Source: Macrostomum lignano (taxonomy: Eukaryota). From it: a stretch of DNA of 64,000 bases. A program made the position numbers and the translations under genes. Below the pieces are notes generated by a model. The model did no database searches and had not been told where the DNA came from. It saw nothing but the letters and a program-made list of their open reading frames with translations. Positions 42,395-64,000 of the stretch are shown here, piece after piece. The stretch lies in assembly GCA_002269645.1 (NCBI GenBank), contig NIVC01003812.1:11772-75771 (forward strand), in the 5' to 3' direction. Each line of letters starts with the position of its first letter. The first letter of the stretch is position 1.

Positions 42395-43200
42395 CCTCTC
42401 CCTCTACCCCTCTCTCTCCCTATCTCTAGATCTCTTTCTCTCCCTCTCTCTCCCTCTCCCTCTCCCTCTCTTTCTCTCTCTCTACCCCTCTCTCTAGATC
42501 TCCCTCTCTCTCCCTCTCCCTCTCTCTAGATCTCCTCTCTCTCCCTCTCCCTCTCTCTAGATCTCCCTCTCTCTCCCTCTCCCTCTCTCTAGATCTCCCT
42601 CTCTCTCCCTCTCCCTCTCCCTCTCTCTCCCCCTCTCTCTCTCCCTCTTTCTCTCTCTCTCTACCCCTCTCTCTCTCCCTCTCTTTCTCTCTCTCTCTCC
42701 CCCTCTCTCTCCCTATCTCTAGATCTCTCTCTCTCTCTCCCTCTCCCTCTCCCTCTCTCTCCCCCTCTCTCTCTCCCTCTCTTTCTCTCTTTCTCTACCC
42801 CTCTCTCTAGATCTCCCTCTCTCTCCCTCTCCCTCTCTCTAGATCTCCCTCTCTCTCCCTCTCCCTCTCTCTAGATCTCCCTCTCTCTCCCTCTCCCTCT
42901 CTCTCCCCCCCTCTCTCTCCCTCTCTTTCTCTCTCTCTCTACCCCTCTCTCTAGATCTCCCTCTCCCTCTCCACCTTTCCCTCTCCCTCTCCCTCTCTTA
43001 CTCTCGCTCTCCATCTCTCTCCCTCTACCTCTACCTCTCCTTCTTTCCCTCTCTGTCTCCGTCTTCCTCTGCCTTCTCTCTCTCTCTCCTTCTCTCTAGA
43101 TCTCCCTCTCTCTTACCATCTCTCTTCCTCTCCATCTCTTTCCCCCTCCCTCTCCCTCTCCCTCTTTCTCTTCCTTTATTGCTCCATCTGCTTCTCTTCC
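42395..43200. repeat. CT-rich low-complexity tract (with CTCTCTAGATCTCCCT units)
   Basis: Polypyrimidine tract on +. Confidence 0.95.
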
Positions 43201-43789
43201 TTATTTTAAAAGCAGACGGTAAGCAAGCACGCCAAACTGTACTTCCGGCACCGTCACCCTTGAGCAGTTACCATGAGCTGGAATCCTCAGATCTCGTTAA
43301 AGATGCCGCTATGCATTTCAATTAATTTCGGCAAGAAAAAAGTGTCACAAAAACTGCCACATTTCCCCACCATAGAAACTCTCTGATCACGGGTGCGTGG
43401 AGAAGAATTTCCAATCGATATTTTTTGTAAAAAATCTCCTATAATTAATTATTGTTCCAACCGTTGAGAACGTAGGCGCAGGTGTCAAGAGCTGTCAAGA
43501 CAGGGTTCGCTAAACTCGCGGACAGATTTACCTATTCTTATCGAGTCTCATTCACCAGTCAGCAAACTTAAAAAACTTGAAAGACACAAAAGACGGGTGG
43601 CGCGTTGTTGATTCTGTTTGACGCGGTCAGATGCACTCAGAGTCTTGTTGCTAGGGCCATGGGACGGACTTAAGGAGGCGATGAGGATTGCCACATAAGA
43701 TGCGGTGTTTTGGGAGCATAATTTCTATGCTTGTTTAGTCGTCTTAGAGGTGTCAAAATTGATATGCCTTCAGGCTTTCAAGTCTGGTT

Positions 43790-44700
43790 GAGAGGACAGG
43801 CACAGAGGGGAGAAGAAGAAGTGAAAGAAAGAGGTCGGTGGAGAGGGAGAGAGCGAGGGACAGGGGGAGAGACGGAAAGGGAGACAGAGAGGGAGACAGA
43901 GAGGGAGAGAGGGAGGAAGAGAGGGAGAGAGGGAGGGAGAGAGGGAGACAGAGAGGGAGACAGAGAGGGAGAGAGAGAGAGGGAGGGAGAGAGGGAGAGA
44001 GGGTGAGAGGGAGACAGAGAGGGAGACAGAGAGGGAGAGAGGGAGACAAAGAGGGAGACAGGGAGACAGAGAGGGAGAGAGGGAGGGAAAGAGGGAGAGA
44101 GGGAGGGAGAGAGGGAGAGAGGGTGAGAGGGAGACAGAGAGGGAGACAGAGAGGGAGAGAGAGAGGGGGGAGGGAGAGAGGGAGAGAGGGTGAGAGGGAG
44201 ACAGAGACGGAGACAGATATTGAGACAGAGAGGGAGAGAGGGAGGGAGAGAGGGAGAGAGGGAGGGAGAGAGGGAGAGAGGGAGACAGAGAGGGAGAGAG
44301 GGAGACAAAGAGGGAGACAGGGAGACAGAGAGGGAGAGAGGGAGGGAGAGAGGGAGAGAGGGTGAGAGGGAGACAGAGAAGGAGACAGAGAGGGAGAGAG
44401 GGAGGGAGAGAGGGAGAGAGGGTGAGAGGGAGACAGAGAAGGAGACAGAGAGGGAGAGAGGGAGGGAGAGAGGGAGAGAGGGTGAGAGGGAGACAGAGAG
44501 GGAGACAGATATTGAGACAGAGAGGGAGACAGATATTGAGACAGAGAGGGAGAGAGGGAGGGAGAGAGAGAACAGGGAGAGAGAGAGGGGAACAAGGAGA
44601 GGGAGAGAGGTGGATAGGGCAAGAGAGAGAGAGGGAGAGTGAGAGGGGGAGATTTGGATAAGGAGAGAGAGGGTACGAGGGAGACAAAGGGATGACAGAG
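43790..44700. repeat. GA-rich low-complexity tract (GAGGGAGACAGA units)
   Basis: Polypurine tract on +. Confidence 0.95.
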
Positions 44701-44829
44701 AGGTGGAGCACAAATCAATGCCTTCGGGAGGGCTGCGGGCACCCTGTCGCGACATCGTCACGCAGCACCAGCGCTGACGGCGGCCATTCTGCCCATTCCG
44801 CTGAGTCCTGAGCTCACACAAGCGCTCAG

Positions 44830-45436
44830 GATGCACACGCTCACACAGGGTGTACAGCGGCCATAGCATGTACATGCACACGCTCACACAGGGTGTACAG
44901 CGGCCATAGCATGTACATGCACACGCTCACACAGGGTGTACAGCGGCCATAGCATGTACATGCACACGCTCACACAGGGTGTACAGCGGCCATAGCATGT
45001 ACATGCACACGCTCACACAGGGTGTACAGCGGCCATAGCATGTACATGCACACGCTCACACAGGGTGTACAGCGGCCATAGCATGTACATGCACACGCTC
45101 ACACAGGGTGTACAGCGGCCATAGCATGTACATGCACACGCTCACACAGGGTGTACAGCGGCCATAGCATGTACATGCACACGCTCACACAGGGTGTACA
45201 GCGGCCATAGCATGTACATCCACACGCTCACACAGGGCGTACAGCGGCCATAGCATGTACATGCACACGCTCACACAGGGTGTACAGCGGCCATAGCATG
45301 TACATGCACACGCTCACACAGGGTGTACAGCGGCCATAGCATGTACATGCACACGCTCACACAGGGTGTACAGCGGCCATAGCATGTACATGCACACGCT
45401 CACACAGGGTGTACAGCGGCCATAGCATGTACATGT
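44830..45436. repeat. 43-bp minisatellite CATGTACATGCACACGCTCACACAGGGTGTACAGCGGCCATAG, about 14 copies
   Basis: Period 43 measured directly. Confidence 0.98.
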
Positions 45437-46019
45437 ACACTCTTTTTGGCGCTGAGCTGCTCCGGCCTTCGGACAAAGAGAGAGTTAAAGAGATGCAGCG
45501 CGCCGGAGTGAATGGGTGATGAAAAGGGCAGTGAGGCACGGCAGACCCAGCTGCTATTCCTCATCATCAATTGGCAGGCAGTTCACCTGCGAATTCAACC
45601 TATAATTAGCGACTCCCAAAGTCAGGCTTAATGAAGTTTTGACAAATCACTCGCCCAAAGCTGAGGCCAATAAGCAAAGGGGCTCTCTGATCATCATTGA
45701 TATTGCTAATCTTCTTGGTTGCTAGGGCCATTGCGACATTCGAGTTGCATAGCAGCTGGCTGGGGGTTAAACAGAGACCCACATTTTTGCGTGCAGTTGA
45801 GTCATTGCTGGGGTGAATTCCGCCTGGGGCCGTTAATTTTGTTCATCTGCCTGCTGGGGTCATTCAGCCGGAACTCAGAGCATACAGAGCTTGCCTTGCA
45901 GGCCTCACAATACGCCTGTTCGGATAGCTAGACTGGCGAAATTGGGCCGGGATGGAAATGAGTCACCAAGATATTCGATAGCAGCGACCTTCAGGGCGGT
46001 GCAGCCGCCGGCCGGGTCA

Positions 46020-46455
46020 TCACAGACTCACAGTCTTCACAGTCACAGTCATTTACAGTCAGTCATTCACAGTCAGTCATTCACAGTCACAGTCATTCAC
46101 AGTCAGTCATTCACAGTCACAGTCATTCACAGTCACAATTATTCATAGTCACAGTCATTCACAGTCACATTCATTGTTCACAATCACAGTCATTCACAGT
46201 CACAGTCATTCACAGCCACAGTCATTCACAGTCAGTCATTCACAGTCACAGTCATTCACAGTCAGTCATTCACAGTCAGTCATTCACAGTCACAGTCATT
46301 CACAGTCAGTCATTCACAGTCACAGTCATTCACAGTCAGTCATTCACAGTCACAGTCATTCACAGTCACAATTATTCATAGTCACAGTCATTCACAGTCA
46401 CATTCATTGTTCACAATCACAGTCATTCACAGTCACAGTCATTCACAGCCACAGT
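46020..46455. repeat. CACAGTCATT-based compound repeat
   Basis: Alternating cacagtcatt / cagtcagtcatt units. Confidence 0.93.
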
Positions 46456-47476
46456 CATGGGCATGATTTCTATTTTTAGCACAATCCATTTCGCTGCGTT
46501 CAGAAAAAAGAAAGCCAGCGAGACTCAAGCAGTTTTTTCGACTCAGGAAGTGAGAAGGTCCGGGTGATTTAAAAGCCTAACAGGATTATAATTCTGTCCC
46601 AGATAAAGACAAACTTATAAAAATTGTATAGATATAATTTATTTCATCATTTTCACAACATCTCATGAAAACGGTATTCCATATTCTCGCATTCCTACTA
46701 ACCAAAGTAGAGCAGTTGACAATTGATTCACTATGCATGCGAAAATGTCAATGAATTCGTTATTGCTTAGTTTAGCATCTATGCAAAAATTCCTATGAGA
46801 CAAGCAGCAATATTCAGCGGCTGGGTGTTCCAATCTAACATGCGAATAAAATTAAATAAATAAATAGTTTGACGTATTGCGCTGAGTAAAAGCTGAGAAA
46901 AAAGAATTTGAAGAAACCAATGACTCCCCAGTAACTCATAGTTGCAACTTTTTGGCATAAGTTTCAATAATGATCGATTTGTGTACAGGCGGGATGACCA
47001 TGCTTTTGCTGGGAAACTGAGATGTAAGGAGAGAGGGAAGGTGTGATAAACAAGGAGAGGGAGGGTGAGAGTTAAGGTTAGAGGGAAGGTTAGAGGGAGG
47101 GAGAAAGGGAGGGTTAGAGGGAGGGTGAGAGATAGGGTGAGAGGGAGACGGTGAAGTGGAGAGAGTCAGAGAGAGGTTGCGAGGGAGGGTTAGAGGGAGG
47201 GAGAGAGGGAGGGAGAGAGGGAGGGTGAGAGGGAGGGTGAAAGCGAGGCGAACAGCAATTTAAAAGCATTTGAGGCAAAGGATAAATATGTAAAGCGGAA
47301 AATTGCATCAAACAACTGAAAACTATTGCAACGGCAGTCGGGAATAAAAGTGGGTGTTTCACTAAGCACTCAAAACCGACAATGGAATATGAGATGTCAT
47401 TTTTAATGACATGAAACTGGAGTCGGATTGCCAAGCCAAATCTTCTTCTAGAAGTGAGGCAAGGAGCTTCAAGCGC

Positions 47477-60123
<12,647 letters not shown>

Positions 60124-60595
60124 GGAAACCAATGCGCAAATCGTTAATCGACGGCAATACAAAAGAGTTAAGCAGATCAAGTTAAAAGCAGAAAAGCCCA
60201 GTTAATCACCGCGCCAGTAAGGTGAATGTAAAAAAGGTTACGGAAGGTTCGGTCTAGGACTAATAAAAGGTCTGGGCTGATGCACAACTGAACGCTGATG
60301 AAGCCTGGATGCTGGATGGGAGATTGGACAGTTTCTGGTGGGTCAGAGGGAGCCGGACTGGCTGGCATGCAGAAGACAAAAACTGCAGACGATTGGGGGG
60401 GGGGGGTTGTGGCCAAGCCACACTTCGCCTGTGCTGGTGGAGGGCGGTGCGGCACTCGGGTAAGTGGCTGGCTGGGTAGGAGGGTGAAAGTTCCTGCGCA
60501 TTTGGCAGTACGCGTACAGTCGGGGAAGACCATGGACTACTGAACACAGCACTGGGACTGACTGGAATGGAAAGCAAGTTGACCCCATGCTAGCG

Positions 60596-60596
60596 A

Positions 60597-60687
<91 letters not shown>

Positions 60688-60696
60688 CATCTATCC
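60596..60696. repeat. (TATC)n microsatellite
   Basis: Direct inspection. Confidence 0.98.
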
Positions 60697-61439
60697 ACAG
60701 GCAAGACTCGCCAAGAAACATGACTCCTCATTTCACTAGTGAGGGAGGGCAACTGACCCTTCGCTGGTTTGCTGGATCCCCCATGGCAGTTAAGCAATAA
60801 TCTCCAATAATTCTACAACAATATCGAAAGCCCTCCGCCCAGATACTAGATCCCAGCAGTCCATGAGCAGGCCACAGTCACGCATGCATAGAAAGGAAAC
60901 ACTATAGGAAACTTTTTTCTCTCTCGTCTCGCCACTCAGCCTGGGTGGGTGTGGGTGGTCTCTGGTGTCACCAACGCGCCGAACTCCTCTGCTTTGCGCC
61001 CTGCTTTGCGCCCCGATCGCTCAATGCCAACGCATGCACAGTGATAGGCCAAAAATCAAGCATAAAAGCTGAGGCTACGCGTACCGCACTACTTCACTGT
61101 ACGGTCCTGCCTCTCGCCCTACAAATATCGGTATTTGCTAAGCGGAGCACTCAACCATGGGGGCAGGGAGAATGGGAAGAGAGAGGAAAGGGACTGAGAA
61201 GCAACTTGGCCGCCCAAATCCCAACTGCTGTGGTGCAAAACCCAAAACGCAAAACTTGTACCAATTAAGCAGCTTTGCACAGCGCAACCTACTTTAATTA
61301 ATCAGCAAGCAAGTAAAATGATGGCATTCCCGTGTCTGCTGTGGCAGCCTCGCGATACATCTGGGATAAATCTGTGTGCCTTCCCTCAGTTTACCTGCGC
61401 TAAAGTACATCTTGCTCTCTTCATCCTTTCCTACTGAAT

Positions 61440-62036
61440 CACACTCAGCCTTCCAATCTCAGCCTTAGTCTCCCAATCTCACCCTCAGCCTCCCAATCTC
61501 TCTCTCGGTCTCCCAACCTGACCGTCAGTCTCCCAGTCTCACCCTTAGTCTCCCAGTCTCACCCTCAGTCTCCCAATCTCACCCTCAATCTCTCAATCTC
61601 ACCCTCAGCCTCCCAATCTCACCCTCAGCCTCCCAATCTCACCATCAGCCTCCCAATCTTTCTCTCAGTCTCCCATTCTCACTCTCAGTCTCCCAATTTC
61701 ACCCCCCTCAGTCTCCAAGTCTCACCTTCAGTCTCCAAATCTCACCCTTAGTCTCCCAATCTCACCTTCAGTCTCCCAGTCTCACCCTCAGTCTCCCACT
61801 TTCACCCTCAATCTCCCAATCTCACCCTCAGTCTCTCAATCTCACCCTCAGCCTCCCAATCTCACCCTCAGCCTCCCAATCTCTCTCTCGGTCTCCATTC
61901 TCATCTCAGTCTCCCAATCTCACCCTCAGTCTCCCATTCTCACCCTCAGTCTCCCAATCTCACCCTCCGAAATCTCAGCTCGGTCTCCTCTCACCTTCAG
62001 TGTCCCAATCTCACCGCAGCTCACCCTCAGTCTCCC
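61440..62036 (+). repeat. 20-bp TCTCCCAATCTCACCCTCAG array (left arm of an inverted repeat)
   Basis: Degenerate tandem units. Confidence 0.93.
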
Positions 62037-62749
62037 AAATGCCATCGAGGTTCTTTAGACAGGGCAGTTTCTCTAACTCTCACATGAACAACACGTGACA
62101 AACCTGCTTGGCTTCCCAAAGACTCCATAAATAAAGAAATTATGGATTCGTTTCGCTCTAGTTCTCGACGTCATAAACTTCTGTCCGTGCCATTTCCCCC
62201 AACATTTTATACAATTTCTCATTCGCAGTCATGAAATTTACATGAATTCATCGCCTACTGACAGTAGAGACTAAAACCCTGCAGTTATTTGAAACTTCAG
62301 TTTTTATGAGATTTGAAATCTCATTTTACAGCCAACTGATAGCTAGCCGCCTCACCATTGGTCTAGAGCTTGTCAGCCAATCAAATTAGTCCGGAACAGT
62401 CATGCGTGATTCTGAAGGGTCCGTCTGGATGGGGCTATGCTTTGTGGATTCCCCCGGCAAATGGAACAGAATGAGTCATTCCCAGACGAACATTGGTACA
62501 GAAATCATTTTAATTGCTTTTCTCTGCTTCTGCCGATTTTGCTTGATTTTCAAAGATTGCGCGAGAGAAAAAAGAGAAATACTGGTAAAGATTGAGCGGC
62601 AAATTCGCGTCATTCTGATGCAGGGAAATCGTTGGAAAATTATCCATTTCTAAGCTGTTTGTCAGCTCTGAGAAATAATTTGGGTGCTCTGGGGGCCTTT
62701 ATTGCAAAACAGCATCATCCTGGGGATTCGAGTAAAGAATGACCTGAAG

Positions 62750-63445
62750 CTGAGACAGGGAGACTGAGGGTGAGATTGGGAGACTGAAGGGAGATTGGGA
62801 GACTGAGGTGAGATTGGGAACTGAAGGGAGATTGGGAGACTGAAGGAGATTGGGAGACTGAAGGGAGATTGGGAGACTGAGGGTGAGATTGGAGACTGAA
62901 GGGAGATTGGAGACTGAGGGTGAGATTGGGAGACTGAAGGAGATTGGGAACTGAGGGTGAGATTGGGAGACTGAAGGGAGATTGGGAGACTGAGGGTGAG
63001 ATTGGGACTGAGGGTGAGACTGGGAGACCGAAGTGAGATTGGGAGACTGAAGGTGAGATTAAGAGACTGAGGGTGAGAATGGGAGACTGAGGGTGAGAAT
63101 GGGAGACTGAGGGCGAGATAAGAAGACTGAGGGTGAGACTGAGAGACTGAAGGTGAGATTGGGAGACTGAAATTGAGATTGAGAGACTGAAAGTGAGATT
63201 GGGAGACTGAAGGTGAGATTGGGAGACTGAGGTGAGATTGGGAGACTGAGGGTGAGAATGGGAGACTGAGGGTGAGAATGGGAGACGAGGGCGAGATTGG
63301 GAGACTGAAAGTGAGATTGGGAGATTGAGGGTGAGATTGGGAGAGTGAGGGTGAGAATGGCAGACTGAGGGTGAGATTGGGAGACTGAGGGGAGAACGGG
63401 AAACTGAGAGTGAGATTGGGAGACTGAGGGAGAGAATGGGAACTC
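62750..63445 (-). repeat. 20-bp CTGAGGGTGAGATTGGGAGA array (right arm; reverse complement of 61440-62036)
   Basis: The unit is the exact reverse complement of the left-arm unit. Confidence 0.93.
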
Positions 63446-63767
63446 CGGTGAACGAATGGAGACTGTAGATAAATTGAGATAATTATGTATGGAAAATTAA
63501 AGAGGTCAGCAACGTTTCACACACAATGCAAAGATCAACTTGAAGATTCGCCAGAAAATGTTCCAACAGTTTCATGTCGACGAAGGCCAACAAGGACGGC
63601 AGAGCCTCCAGCTGAGTGCTGGGCTGAGGTGCTCATCAGGATCGATAGAGCAGATCCACATTCTCCTATTAAGTAGATCCCTTTCATTCAAGTGGTTACA
63701 AGGGTCCTTCGTTCCGAATGGATTCCAGCTTTTAAAAATGAAGTGAGTGGCCTCTGGCTTTGTAGGT

Positions 63768-64000
<233 letters not shown>

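Noticed and set aside
43753-44887. SLSP/ERGR-rich ORFs here and at 47469-48284
   Set aside because: GA/CT low-complexity translations; only 47477-47536, in a different frame, is supported as an exon.

Overview
Eukaryotic (metazoan) genomic DNA with GC-rich spliced exons and introns packed with locally amplified mini- and microsatellites; the style resembles a free-living flatworm such as Macrostomum (inference, not verified). No prokaryotic features or CRISPR array. Genes reconstructed by hand from splice sites and frame: the 3' part of an unidentified 8-exon gene (+, <1-4181), a single-exon 299-aa orphan ORF (+, 6390-7289), an F-type (fucolectin) lectin exon (+, 18912-19365), a 2-exon 247-aa unknown gene (-, 20594-21820), CCT3 (-, 25682-32106) head-to-head with CFAP210/CCDC173 (+, 32511-41275), and a 9-exon RA-PH adaptor of the MIG-10/RIAM/lamellipodin family (-, 47477-60123). 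The 9-19 kb interval is a transposon graveyard: Helitron-like 3' ends, a solo LTR (TG..CA, 4-bp TSD) carrying CArG/AP-1/TATA motifs, a second diverged copy of it, a decayed Crypton-type tyrosine recombinase, a MITE-like element and a tRNA-derived CORE-like SINE (3 copies in the window). The best leads are the Crypton/LTR nest, an intron that may have arisen by tandem duplication of AG|GT, the intron-by-intron minisatellite architecture, and a nested inverted repeat at 60.6-64 kb.
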